From an uncultured bacterium (GTDB taxonomy: Bacteria > Babelota > Babeliae > Babelales > Babelaceae): a stretch of DNA of 64,000 nt. Location of the stretch: assembly GCA_963722385.1 (NCBI GenBank), contig CAVRKK010000002.1, positions 128,001 to 192,000 of the forward strand, in the 5' to 3' direction. How positions within the stretch are numbered: the first letter of the stretch is position 1; each line of letters opens with the position of its first letter. This document shows positions 30,751 through 41,493 of the stretch, one piece after another. Position numbers and translations under genes: made by a program. Under the pieces are notes generated by a model. The model saw only the letters and a list, made by a program, of their open reading frames with translations, was not told the DNA's origin and searched no databases.

Positions 30751-31545
30751 TCATAGAGCGCTATTACTTAGCAGAATACCGATGAGTATTGTCCCTTGGT
30801 TGCTTGCAGAGAAATCTCTTCTGCTATCAACAAAGCGGCTGTCTTCATATGCAAATTTCCTTTTTTCGATTTGCTCATTCGTGAAAGACTTTACAACTCT
30901 AATTCCTGCAAGAGTATCTTCGACTTGTGAATTGATATCTCCAATCCTATCTTTGCTTTTTCTTAAAGCTATGTTCATTCTTTTATTAAAATAAAACGCA
31001 TAAACAATCATGATTGGCAAAAAAAGTATGATGATTAATGTAAGTTTAACATTAATATTTATTAATATAATGAACGCGCCGATAAAATTCAATAATGAAA
31101 TAACAATGTCTTCAGGACCATGGTGATATAATTCGGCAAGCGCCAGCGAATCGTTTGTTAGCCGCGACATTAACTGACCTATTTTCTGTTCATCATAAAA
31201 ATTAAATGATAATTTTTGATAATGATCAAATAACTCACTCCGCATATCTCTTTCCATGAGGGCGCCCATGACATGACCCCGATATGAAACAAACACATTA
31301 CATATTGTATGCACTATAACTAATGCAAACAATATAGCGCTCATTGCATATATTTGATTGAGCGCATCAGGCATATTTCCTGCTAATATATTTTTGGTTA
31401 TGTAGCTTATACATAATGGCAATGCCAATGTGGTTGCCGATAAAATGAATGCACATCCCATATCTGTAAAAAACAACCCTAAATAAGGTTTGTAATAGGA
31501 TGAAAATTTCTTTATTCGATAATATCGAGTAGGATACTTAGTCAT
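30751..31545 (-). pseudogene. Truncated ABC exporter (membrane domain only), AT-rich
   Basis: GH.MGA.ME.DMR..LF.HYQKLSF.FYD, ELYHHGPED, GIRVVKSF; homology ends before the last TM helices and no ATPase domain follows. Confidence 0.8.
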
Positions 31546-32104
31546 TTTTTGAACAATCAATCTATAAGCGTTTAGCAATTTGGAAAAAAATTTATTTTGA
31601 TAAAATTTTAGCCTTACTGATTACAATGTCAAATCGGCTACACCATACTGACTGATCCAATCGCTTCCAGCGGTCGAAGGTTTTTTCACCTATTTCTTTA
31701 ATGATCTGTTGAGCAATTCTTCCCACGACTGAAAGTCATCGGCTTCCTTGCTCCTTTTCTCGTGAATTTAAATCACGATCTGGTAGAAACCCATATACCA
31801 TAAGGGCAAAAAAGAAAGAGGTTATGAAAATTTTTCTCCGGCAGGAGAAATGCTAAAGTGCCTAGCCATGTGCCCCACATGGGTATGGCATTCGTAGGTA
31901 TTGAGCTACAGCAAGATAAAGCACTTAAACAAAAGAACCATTACAATGGGTGCAGGGCCGCTGCCCTGCTGCTCGCCGCATGGGCGCGCCCGCTGCGCAA
32001 GCGTTCCCGTTGTACCTTGGCGAAGTTGCTGCATAAGCACGCTCTTACTTCAGCAAGCAGGTATTGCTTTGTATCCCTTTGGCAAACTTAACTTTTCCCA
32101 ACTA

Positions 32105-34207
32105 TTAAAAGCCCAAATCAGCAAAGAAAGCATCGCTACGAGGCTCACGGCCCAGGAAGTCACGAAGAAGCTGAGCAGGTGGCTTGCTGCCGCCCTTGCT
32201 CAGAATCGTTTCGACATAGCGCTTTCCTACCATTTGATCAAGCAGGCCGTGCGCTTTGATATATTCAAACAAGTCGAGTGCATAGACTTTTGACCAGAGA
32301 TAGCCATAGTACCGGGAGCCGTAGCCTGTCAAATGCCCAAAGGAGCACTCAAAATGGTCTTCAGGCATACGCGCCATATAAGGGCGTATCTTTGCTTGCA
32401 GCTCGCTAATAAGAGCATGCATATCCTCAGAGCTCCTAAATGCCTCAAGCGACGTTTTTGCCAAAACAAGCTGACGCCGCACAAAATCCCCCGAGTCAAA
32501 ATTCTTGAGCTTAACAAGCATATCAATTAAGTCATCAGGTAATGGCTTACCGGTTTTATAATGCTTGCTAATCTGCTTAATCGTATCCTTGTCCCACATC
32601 CACTCCTCAAGCATTTGAGATGGCATCTCAACAAAGTCCCGCTTTACGTTGGTACCAGCAAAACCATTCAAATGGGTGGCACTCAACAAAGCATGAAGCG
32701 CATGCCCAAATTCATGGAAAAAGGTGGTAACGTCGCTATGAAGAAGCAGTGCGGGCCGATCTGCTTGGGGCTTGGGAAAGTTGGCAATCACCAAACTTGC
32801 TCCTGGTGTATGCTTCCCTTTTTCTTCCAAAGATGGTACAAGAGTTATGTGGCAGGCGTGCGTATACTTATCTTTGCGGGGGAACAGGTCAAGAATAAGG
32901 TAACCAAGCAGTGTCCCATCAGCACGACGCGCTTCTATAACGCTCGCGTCGGTATGCCACGGCACGGTCGCTGGTACACGCTTGAGCGAAATACTGAGGA
33001 ATCGCTCATAAATACCAAGCAGTGCCTGAATGGTGTGGTCAACGGGAAAGTACTCGGCAACAATACGATCATCAAAATTAAACTGCTTCTTGCGATAAGT
33101 ATTCTTTATAAATCCCCAGTCCCATGATTTGATATCTCCCTGTGGCGTCAACGATACGCCCGGGGGCAAATGCGCTTTATAGCGCTCAACTTCCTCTTGT
33201 GCTTTGGTACGTGACCTCTGCTCAATGTCCTGTAAAAATGCATCTACCGTTTCGGGGTTTTTGGCCATCTCCTCATCAATGTCGTAGTGAGCATAACTCG
33301 CGTAACCAAGCCTACTCGCCAATGTTTGGCGCAGTGCACGAACTTCGCGAAGCGGGTTTTCATTTATTGGATAAGCACGGCTAACGTACGCTTGCCAAAG
33401 CGCTTTACGCGTGCTTTCAACCACGCAATTTTCCATGACTGCTGAATAGGTCGGATAATCTACACCGAGCTTATAGAGCCCTTCCGGTGTTTGCGCTAAA
33501 CTCTTTATAAAAACAGGGTCAAGACCGGCAAGATCGCTTGCCAAAACGCTCACAAATTTTTGCGTAGCATCCTGGTTAATATTAAGATCAAACACCTGCT
33601 CTAATTCCGCGAGTTGCTTCTTAAGGGTCTTAAGCTCATTCTGCTGTTCATCAGGTAAATCAAGCCCATTGTGCTTATACCCTTTTAAGAGTTCAGTGCA
33701 ATAATAACGGTCTTCCTGAGTCAGCTTGTCGAGTTGGCCAGGCTTTTCAGCATATGCCTTAAGCGCCCGGTAAAGTTCTTTATTTTGCTCAAGAACCTCA
33801 ACAGCAAACTCTTGCAGTTTAATAACATTCGTACGAGAAGCGGCACGGAGCAATTCGTCCGGACTGACATTCATAAGCGCTTGTAGAATTCCTGCCTCGC
33901 GACCAAGCTCGCCGACCGCATTATCATAGGCCTGAAAGGTATTTGCAAATGTCTTCTGGTCATCCGATAAGCTTGTAATCTGGTTCACTATTTCACGGAT
34001 ATTTGCCATGACGGCATGTGATCGCTTATCGATTTCATGGGGGTTAGCAGGAAATAAAAGCATAACGTCTTCGACTTTATTTATCACCGGATGCATAGCG
34101 CGGCGCCCTCCTCTTAACCAGCCTAGACACCATAAAACAAAACAAAGAACGATAGCACAATAAGTTAGCGAGCGCGCCGTTTTTGCGGTCATGGTCCAAG
34201 CCCTCAA
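32105..34207 (-). CDS. M3 family oligopeptidase (thimet oligopeptidase-like) with N-terminal anchor
   Basis: LDLFPR..KY.HA, FFHEFGHALH, DFVEMPSQMLE, FGHL.GY...YYGYLWS; start uncertain. Confidence 0.92.
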   Translation of the reverse strand: MRAWTMTAKTARSLTYCAIVLCFVLWCLGWLRGGRRAMHPVINKVEDVMLLFPANPHEIDKRSHAVMANIREIVNQITSLSDDQKTFANTFQAYDNAVGELGREAGILQALMNVSPDELLRAASRTNVIKLQEFAVEVLEQNKELYRALKAYAEKPGQLDKLTQEDRYYCTELLKGYKHNGLDLPDEQQNELKTLKKQLAELEQVFDLNINQDATQKFVSVLASDLAGLDPVFIKSLAQTPEGLYKLGVDYPTYSAVMENCVVESTRKALWQAYVSRAYPINENPLREVRALRQTLASRLGYASYAHYDIDEEMAKNPETVDAFLQDIEQRSRTKAQEEVERYKAHLPPGVSLTPQGDIKSWDWGFIKNTYRKKQFNFDDRIVAEYFPVDHTIQALLGIYERFLSISLKRVPATVPWHTDASVIEARRADGTLLGYLILDLFPRKDKYTHACHITLVPSLEEKGKHTPGASLVIANFPKPQADRPALLLHSDVTTFFHEFGHALHALLSATHLNGFAGTNVKRDFVEMPSQMLEEWMWDKDTIKQISKHYKTGKPLPDDLIDMLVKLKNFDSGDFVRRQLVLAKTSLEAFRSSEDMHALISELQAKIRPYMARMPEDHFECSFGHLTGYGSRYYGYLWSKVYALDLFEYIKAHGLLDQMVGKRYVETILSKGGSKPPAQLLRDFLGREPRSDAFFADLGF

Positions 34208-34232
34208 TAAAAAATGTTACTGAGCAAGTCTA

Positions 34233-36185
34233 TCAGAGGAGCTTTTTAAGTTCAAACCATTCATCGCGCAACTTAATGGCTGTTTCAAATTGAAAGCTCT
34301 CCGCCGCCTTATCCATTTGTCGCTCAAGCTCGGCAAGGCGATTAAGTAAGTCAGCTTGATCAGCAATCACTTTCTTAGGCCGTCCCTTGCGTGCCGCTTC
34401 CGCGATCGCTTTTTGGAGCGATGAGATGCTCTTGGTCACTTCGCGTTTAACGCCCAATGGCTGGATATCATGCTGCACATTATAAGCTTGCTGGAGGGAC
34501 CGGCGGCGGTCAGTCTCATCAATAGCTTCCTGCATTGAGCCGGTGATCTTGTCGGCATAAAGAACCACTTTAGATTCGGTATTACGCGCAGCACGCCCAA
34601 TAATCTGAATAAGCGACCGCTTATCCCGCAAAAAGCTCTCCACATCTGCGTCCATAATGGCAACAAGCGCTACCTCAGGCAAATCAATGCCCTCTCTCAG
34701 CAAGTTAACCCCCACCAAGCAGTCAAAAACACCAAGGCGTAGCTTATGTAAAAGCTCAGTACGTTCCGGTGTTTTGATATCATGGTGCATATAGCAAACT
34801 TTGATCTGTTGCTCCTGCAGGTACCGGGCAAGCTCTTCGGCAAGCTTTTTGGTTAAGACCATAACTAACGAGCGCGACCCTTTCTCTTTTGTCTCATTTA
34901 TAGATTCGATCAAGTGGGTCATTTGACCTTGGCGCGCATGCACTTCAATGGCTGGATCAACAATGCCTGTTGGTCGGATAATCTGCTCAACAATCGTATC
35001 GCTTTTTTCAAGCTCGTAACGGCTTGGCGTTGCTGATACAAAAATAACATCGTTAAAGTATTGCTCAATTTCACCAAAACGCAATGGCCTGTTATCGCGC
35101 GCTGATGGCAACCTAAAGCCAAAATCGATGAGCGTCTGCTTGCGAGCGGCATCGCCAGCATACATCCCCTTAAGCTGCGGCAACGCAATATGCGATTCGT
35201 CGATCACCACCAAGAAATCATCAAAGAAATCCAGCAAGCAATAAGGTTGCTCTCCTGTTGTGCGCCCGTCAAAGTGGATAGAATAATTTTCAATACCGGG
35301 ACACATGCCCAATTCATAGAGCAATTCGATGTCATGGCGAACGCGTGTTTGAATGCGCTCCTGATAAAGCGGATTGGCAAGCTGCGGCCACCATGTTTCA
35401 AGCTCGGCTTCAATACTATTTATAGCAGTTCGACGAGCATCCGGGGTTATAACAAAGTGGCGCGCCGGAAATACAAGCGCATTGTCCAACTCGGATAAGA
35501 CGGTGTTATCATGCCTGCTTACCCAAACAAGCTTCTCAATCACCGAGCCCGATAGCTCAATGCGCAGCTTCTCTTTTTGGTAAGGGAGGATAACTTCGAT
35601 CGTTGAGCCAAATACCTGAAAGGTCCCGGGTGCTTTTTCAATGTCATTACGAGCATATTGAATCAATATAAGCTGGCGTATAATATCAGCACGGCTCATC
35701 GTGTCGCCCACCTTAATCGAAAGCGCCAAATTGCGATAGTCGACCGGGCTGCCTAATGAATATATACACGATACTGACGCAACCACAATGGTATCTGGCC
35801 TGTTAATAAGGGAAGCCGTCGCTTCGATACGCAAGCGTTCAAGCTCACTATTAATTTTAGTTTCTTTAGCAACGTAAATATCTTGAGCGGGCAAGTATGA
35901 CTCGGGTTGATAATAATCGTAATAGCTAACAAAATAACAAACTTTATTTTCAGGAAAAAAGAGCGAAAATTCCTCGTATAACTGAGCTGCAAGCGTCTTG
36001 TTAGGCGAAAGAACAAGAACGGGTTTCGTCTGTTGCGCTATAACCTGCGCAACGGTGTACGTCTTACCAGACCCCGTCACCCCCAAAAGCGTCGAAATCC
36101 CCGGCCGCGCCGCTAAAAGCTTATCAATTGCTTGGCCCTGGTCGCCAGCAGGAGGAAATGGGGCATGTAGCTTAAAAAGTGCCAT
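34233..36185 (-). CDS. uvrB: Excinuclease ABC subunit B
   Basis: GVTGSGKT, NKTLAAQLY, FVSYYDYYQPE, DESH, GFRLPSA.DNRPL, C-terminal UVR domain. Confidence 0.97.
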   Translation of the reverse strand: MALFKLHAPFPPAGDQGQAIDKLLAARPGISTLLGVTGSGKTYTVAQVIAQQTKPVLVLSPNKTLAAQLYEEFSLFFPENKVCYFVSYYDYYQPESYLPAQDIYVAKETKINSELERLRIEATASLINRPDTIVVASVSCIYSLGSPVDYRNLALSIKVGDTMSRADIIRQLILIQYARNDIEKAPGTFQVFGSTIEVILPYQKEKLRIELSGSVIEKLVWVSRHDNTVLSELDNALVFPARHFVITPDARRTAINSIEAELETWWPQLANPLYQERIQTRVRHDIELLYELGMCPGIENYSIHFDGRTTGEQPYCLLDFFDDFLVVIDESHIALPQLKGMYAGDAARKQTLIDFGFRLPSARDNRPLRFGEIEQYFNDVIFVSATPSRYELEKSDTIVEQIIRPTGIVDPAIEVHARQGQMTHLIESINETKEKGSRSLVMVLTKKLAEELARYLQEQQIKVCYMHHDIKTPERTELLHKLRLGVFDCLVGVNLLREGIDLPEVALVAIMDADVESFLRDKRSLIQIIGRAARNTESKVVLYADKITGSMQEAIDETDRRRSLQQAYNVQHDIQPLGVKREVTKSISSLQKAIAEAARKGRPKKVIADQADLLNRLAELERQMDKAAESFQFETAIKLRDEWFELKKLL

Positions 36186-36369
36186 AATCACCACTCTGTT
36201 TTATTTCAGTTATATTTTTCAGTTATATATTTAGAAAATGTTTAATTTATTATAGCACAAGCAAAAAAATTAGCCACCCAATAAGAACTCCAAGCCGGTG
36301 CGCTTTTTTCGCATAACAACTTTAAGTACATGCTCGCCCGAGTTATTTCTTTGTCTATTTTGCATTTTT

Positions 36370-36405
36370 GTTGGCAAATTTTAAATTTTAGCTATAATAA
36401 GAATA
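36370..36405 (+). promoter_or_regulatory. Sigma70-like promoter, copy 1 of a duplicated element
   Basis: TTGGCA-N16-TATAAT; 34/36 identical to 46411-46446. Confidence 0.7.
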
Positions 36406-36468
36406 GATTTGATTCATCTATGTTATTGGATTTAAAGCTCACCGTTATTAGATAGGGAGATATACCTA

Positions 36469-37959
36469 ATGAGACACCCACGAGGCTTTGCTTTCTTAAG
36501 CTTAGTGCTTAGCTTCTTCTGCGTAGCACTTTCTGCCAATCAAGAATTTATTCGATTTGACGAGCATGGCCACTATGCCGGCCTCTCCGACTACGCTAAA
36601 AATCTTATCGCTCAATCACGAGATACGTTACGACGACGCAAAGAAGTATTCAGCAAAAAATTCAAGCAATTTGATGCTATTTATCATGCAGCCCATGTCA
36701 ATCGCCTCGCCCGCGGAAATATGTTTCTTTTTGGGCCACCGGGCGGTGCAAAATCAGCATTCTCAAGCTGGCTTTTTAGTCATGAGCTTGAGCCTGCCTT
36801 CAAGCTTCAGATGCACCAGATGATGACCGAGCAGGCTTTTGTGGGCGGCCAGAATATGAATAAGGCACGCGAAGGCCTTTTTGAAATCAACACACAGGGA
36901 AGCCTTGTTGATTTTAAGGTTGCCTTAGTTGATGAGCTTGATAAAGGTAATCCAGCAGCTTTGGCTGCGTTATTGAGCTTGCTCAACGAGCGCGAAGTAC
37001 TTATCGGTAATAAGGCCGTCAAGGCAAAGCTTGAGACGCTTCTTTCGACGAGTAATGCCAACCGCTACGAGATTTTTGAGCAATTTGCCGAAAACGGCAT
37101 GCGCTCAACGGCAGCTGCCTTACTAAATAGGTTTACCACCTCGGCCTTTGTTCCTAATTGGCTTGCCAAAGCTGACCAAGCAGCCATCGACCAGGAATAC
37201 CTCGCTTCATTTGATACAGTTTTTAATCGCGCCGATGGCGAAACTACGGTTGCCGATGAAAAGTTAACGCTTGATTGGGAAGCCCTCCGCAAATTAGCAT
37301 ATTACCTTTTGCGTCCTAACGAGGAATTTTTCAGCGTTTCACGCGAGTTTGTCGACGCCCTCCGTGCAAAAACTATCGAGGCAGTCCAGGAGAAGGTCTA
37401 TGAAACCTCAGAAGATACTCTGCCCTACTTCCCGACAGCTGAATTTACCGAGCGCCTCAGGCAACGAATACATGAAATAATCATTATGTCAGTGTTTCTT
37501 GATTTCTTGACCTCGCGCGTTGCTGATGATATCCCAAGCTTGGAAAATGCGCTCAAGCTCCTTCCTCATCACCGCTTTGAAATAAGTCCGCTTTCTCTCT
37601 GGCGAGCGTACTTAAGCATAACAACCGTAACAGCAGGCAAGGTAGCTCTTCGCTACCCTACAAAAGATGCTGCACAAGATCTCTCGATTGATTTTGGCTC
37701 CGTATTCCGCCAAAAATCAGGCGTTACGGCAAAACCTACCTACAAGGCAAAAGATAAGCGAGAAGAGCAAGAAATCATCTACGCCCTCGAGGAACAAGAT
37801 CGATTCAACCGCCTCTTCGTAACAACCATGAATAACCACAAGCAAGTGCTTGAGGATTCCGCCTCTTTTGGGGGCATGTTCTCTTGTCTGCTTGGCGACT
37901 GCGTTATTAACAAAAACTTACAAGATGTAGAACGACTTCTGATGGCGTTTGGCTCATAA
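36469..37959 (+). CDS. RavA/MoxR-type AAA+ ATPase with N-terminal signal-like peptide
   Basis: FLFGPPGGAKS Walker A (RavA-type GPPGxAKS), ALVDELDK Walker B, LLSLLNER, ALLNRF; N-terminus MRHPRGFAFLSLVLSFFCVALSA. Confidence 0.85.
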   Translation: MRHPRGFAFLSLVLSFFCVALSANQEFIRFDEHGHYAGLSDYAKNLIAQSRDTLRRRKEVFSKKFKQFDAIYHAAHVNRLARGNMFLFGPPGGAKSAFSSWLFSHELEPAFKLQMHQMMTEQAFVGGQNMNKAREGLFEINTQGSLVDFKVALVDELDKGNPAALAALLSLLNEREVLIGNKAVKAKLETLLSTSNANRYEIFEQFAENGMRSTAAALLNRFTTSAFVPNWLAKADQAAIDQEYLASFDTVFNRADGETTVADEKLTLDWEALRKLAYYLLRPNEEFFSVSREFVDALRAKTIEAVQEKVYETSEDTLPYFPTAEFTERLRQRIHEIIIMSVFLDFLTSRVADDIPSLENALKLLPHHRFEISPLSLWRAYLSITTVTAGKVALRYPTKDAAQDLSIDFGSVFRQKSGVTAKPTYKAKDKREEQEIIYALEEQDRFNRLFVTTMNNHKQVLEDSASFGGMFSCLLGDCVINKNLQDVERLLMAFGS

Positions 37960-37983
37960 CACGCGCAAAACGTTAAATAAGCA

Positions 37984-38020
37984 AAAACGCCTGCCGTATT
38001 AATTAAGCGGCAGGCGTTTT
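37984..38020 (+). terminator. Intrinsic terminator after the MoxR-type gene
   Basis: aaaacgcctgccg / cggcaggcgtttt. Confidence 0.7.
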
Positions 38021-38150
38021 GTTGCTCCCGAGGCCTCTTCGTTCTTTTGCTGCCCCTTGATTTTGCTTGTCTATTATTAAATTTCAGATATAATAGTTTA
38101 TGTATATTATTTTATTGAGCTCCTTATTGAAGATGTAATGAAAGAGTTCC

Positions 38151-41100
38151 ATGAAACTGATGCCCTTTCTCTTACTCCTTTTCTGCTTTAACTGCCTGGC
38201 ACCCGACATTGCTCCATTACCTGAGCAATGCTCTGATTACCAAAGCTTCGTTGAGCGCTTTAGCGCACTCAGCGCGTATTATGAAAAAGCTTTGGGGGTG
38301 TACAAAAATCCTTTTTTGTTCACCTTTACGACTGAAGAGGCAAACGCCATCTATAATTCTCTCCTTAGGCGCCCTAACGGCTTTTTCTGCGAGGAATCAT
38401 CGCTCTTTGCAATTCAAGAAGAAATCAAAACATCTAAAAATTATCGTATTGCCGACCTGAATAAATTACTTCTTGAAAAAATTATCGAGGATTCGCGGGA
38501 CGTTTTGGCGCGTAACGAAGCTTCTTTGCATGAACGCCAATCTCTTTTGATTGCCGTAAAAACGGCGCTTGAGTACTTAAGCCGATTCTATGAGTGTTAT
38601 GCCGAGCAGGTGTCTGATACGCAACAAAGCAAGAAGCAAGAAAGCGAGCAGGATGAGCCTGACTTCGATGAACCATCAAACGAATATACGCCATACACCA
38701 AAGATCTTTCGAAGCTTGAAAAGAAAAACACCAAGAAAATTGTTGCAGAGGTCCCTTTCAAGACCCCCGTCTTTGGTAACGTTATTTATTCCTTCATCGC
38801 GAGAAATCGCCCCTTGCAAACAAGCGCATTGCTCGATGAGAACATGCTGTTGCCAGCGGCAGTTACTGGTGAATATACCACGATGCTCGTGCGGACGTGT
38901 CCGAGCAAACAGTTTCAACTTTTACTACCTGCAGGATACGTACCGGCTCAAGGACAACTTGACGGCGCTATTATAAAACCTGATGGCAAAGGCTCTTATC
39001 GTGTGCAGCTTGAGCGCGATATTGAGCAATTTACCGTCCCGTTAAAAAAGCGCATAGGCGATTTGTCTGACTTTCAAAAAGAGCTGTATACAAGGCCGGT
39101 TGGCTTTGCTCTTGAGGAGTGGCCCGATGATATTCAGGCTAACATCATCCATAAGTTTAGCCCCGCAGAGCATAGCGCTGCAGAAATTGCCCAGGCAATT
39201 GTTAAGCATTTTGGCGAGCATTATACCTATAGCATGAAAGCGCAGCCTGAAACCGACCCGATCGACGCCCTTAAGGCGCGGTCATTTCAATGTGATATGG
39301 CTGCTTACAGCATGGCAAGCTTGCTGCGCGATGTTTTTGCTATTCCTGCCCGCATCGTGGCTGGCTATAGCGCTCAGAGAAAAACCAATAAAAGCTTACT
39401 CGTTTTGCCGAACACCGGCCATGCTTGGGTTGAAGTGTTTCACGATGGTGAATGGCATACCTATGACCCAACGCCACCAGGCGGCCCCGATGATGCTGAA
39501 GAAACGGAAGCCTCGGATGACAACCAGAGCCGCACCCAAGAGCAAAGCGCGGTACGAGAGTGGCAACCTGCGACAAATATAACTGAGCATACGCAAGATA
39601 ACCAAAAGCCAGATGACCAACCTCAGACAACTGACGACGAATTTATTTTTCCTGAATTGGCTAAAGTGCTTGAAGGGATCGACTTTTCTACCTTCACGGA
39701 CATGAACGTTTTAAGAAAGCATATTTTAAAAACCCTGCTCAGAGAACTCCTCAATCCACTGTTCAATTCAGAAGAAAGCTCCCACAAACTTAACTTATTT
39801 AAAAGCCTTTTAACCAAATTTACGCCAAAAGACGATCTGGTCTTTCAAGCACTATTGCTTCATAAAGAGCCACACGACCGGCTCCTTAATTGGCTTAAAG
39901 ATATCGAGATGAGGCTGTTTGCACGTGATATCAATCTTACCTATCAGGATCTTGCAAGAATTAGCCGTATTTTAAGCACGTATCAAAAAGTAGCTGAGAA
40001 TGACGTGCCCAGCGCTCTTATCGATCAGATTGTTCACAAGCTCCAGATGGCGCTCAGCGAGCTCTTGCCGCTCAAGGATGCCGATGCATGGGCAATGGCT
40101 TTAGCAGAGGACTTTAAGAAACAATCACCTGCCTTGCTCTGGAAAATGTTGCAGCGGGACTACAGCTTGACGGCGGTCGGTCCTAATCCTGAAACGATCG
40201 CCTTTGCGCATGACGTTGAAGATGGTAAGCACAATGACAAGAGGCTTATTAATGAACTTTATGACTATACCAACTTTATTCTTAACGCCGACACGCGCAA
40301 GGGCAGTACAGAAGTAAAAACGTGGCTCCGCGACCAGCGCAAACCTGGGCTTGATGTTTTGCCGCTACAAAGAATCGATGACTGGCGACGCGGCATCTTT
40401 ACCCGCCATGACCTCGACCCGTTTGAGAACATTGCAGGTGGCTATGCGTACTTGCTGGCCAAGCGAAAGAAAGTTACCTTGCCTACCGAAAAAAACAAGC
40501 AAGAGACTGAGCGGATAACGATCGTCGGCTTTGATACATCAGGTAGCATGTCAGGTAATAATGCTGAATTTCAGGCAGGGCTTATTGCTGCTTTTGTTTG
40601 CCGAGCACTCAATGACGTGTCACCTTCAGGTCGCCAGCGCCACCGCGTATTATTGGTACCTTTTGATGATACGGTAAAGTCGCCTATCAAAGTGTCAACC
40701 ACGCAGGACGCGCTGAATCTTATTAGGGACCACCGAGAGCTCTTGGCCAATACGGGAGGAGGCACTGATATCCAAGCGTTCCTCTTGCAGGCCATCAAGC
40801 TGATCGCGGATGCACAGGATCAAAAGAATCCATTTGACATCGCCAATATCATCCTTATGACAGATGGGCAATCGCCGCTCGATTATGAAGAGCTCAAGCG
40901 CGCTCGCCAGTCGATACATCGAAGCACCCCTCTTCAAACTATGTTTATTGCTATAGGCGACACCAATCCCGAGCTTATCAAGTTTGCGACTGAATCGCAA
41001 AAATTAGGGGCACAAGAAGGCTCATACAAAGAATTTTTGGGCCATGAAATTGATACGATTCTTAACCGAACACATAAAGTAGATCGTGGCGCCTATAACG

Positions 41101-41489
41101 ATTACTTTTATAGCTCAAAATCCGCTGAGCAGATCCCTTTTAAAACGCGCGAATATATTCACGGTGCGCATCAAATGGCAAGCACGCTGGCTCTCTACCT
41201 CCAGCAAGAATCAGCTCACGGCACCAACTATCGTGAGTTCATAGAGCCGCTTAAAATACCCCATGCAAAAGAGCTCTATTCAAAAAGAAGCCTAGAGAAC
41301 TGGATCCACGAAGTGCGACAAATGCTCGCCTACCATAAGGGTTTTCACGATGAGCGCATATTGAGCCTTGTTTTGTATAGCTTGATGCAAAACTTTGAAA
41401 AGCTGGCTGGCCTAAAGTTTTCTGACTTAAACCATTACGAAACCGAGCAATTAATACATCTGCTGGAAACTCCACTTGCTGAGGCTTAG
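38151..41489 (+). CDS. Transglutaminase-like (Cys-His-Asp) domain + vWA domain fusion protein with signal-like peptide
   Basis: FQCDMAA, PARIVAGY, GHAWVEV, YDPTP; vWA MIDAS GFDTSGSM, GGGTD, ILMTDG. Confidence 0.85.
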   Translation: MKLMPFLLLLFCFNCLAPDIAPLPEQCSDYQSFVERFSALSAYYEKALGVYKNPFLFTFTTEEANAIYNSLLRRPNGFFCEESSLFAIQEEIKTSKNYRIADLNKLLLEKIIEDSRDVLARNEASLHERQSLLIAVKTALEYLSRFYECYAEQVSDTQQSKKQESEQDEPDFDEPSNEYTPYTKDLSKLEKKNTKKIVAEVPFKTPVFGNVIYSFIARNRPLQTSALLDENMLLPAAVTGEYTTMLVRTCPSKQFQLLLPAGYVPAQGQLDGAIIKPDGKGSYRVQLERDIEQFTVPLKKRIGDLSDFQKELYTRPVGFALEEWPDDIQANIIHKFSPAEHSAAEIAQAIVKHFGEHYTYSMKAQPETDPIDALKARSFQCDMAAYSMASLLRDVFAIPARIVAGYSAQRKTNKSLLVLPNTGHAWVEVFHDGEWHTYDPTPPGGPDDAEETEASDDNQSRTQEQSAVREWQPATNITEHTQDNQKPDDQPQTTDDEFIFPELAKVLEGIDFSTFTDMNVLRKHILKTLLRELLNPLFNSEESSHKLNLFKSLLTKFTPKDDLVFQALLLHKEPHDRLLNWLKDIEMRLFARDINLTYQDLARISRILSTYQKVAENDVPSALIDQIVHKLQMALSELLPLKDADAWAMALAEDFKKQSPALLWKMLQRDYSLTAVGPNPETIAFAHDVEDGKHNDKRLINELYDYTNFILNADTRKGSTEVKTWLRDQRKPGLDVLPLQRIDDWRRGIFTRHDLDPFENIAGGYAYLLAKRKKVTLPTEKNKQETERITIVGFDTSGSMSGNNAEFQAGLIAAFVCRALNDVSPSGRQRHRVLLVPFDDTVKSPIKVSTTQDALNLIRDHRELLANTGGGTDIQAFLLQAIKLIADAQDQKNPFDIANIILMTDGQSPLDYEELKRARQSIHRSTPLQTMFIAIGDTNPELIKFATESQKLGAQEGSYKEFLGHEIDTILNRTHKVDRGAYNDYFYSSKSAEQIPFKTREYIHGAHQMASTLALYLQQESAHGTNYREFIEPLKIPHAKELYSKRSLENWIHEVRQMLAYHKGFHDERILSLVLYSLMQNFEKLAGLKFSDLNHYETEQLIHLLETPLAEA

Positions 41490-41493
41490 TCTC

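Noticed and set aside
31620..32100. Short ORFs between the ABC fragment and the M3 peptidase
   Set aside because: No recognisable homology; probably eroded sequence
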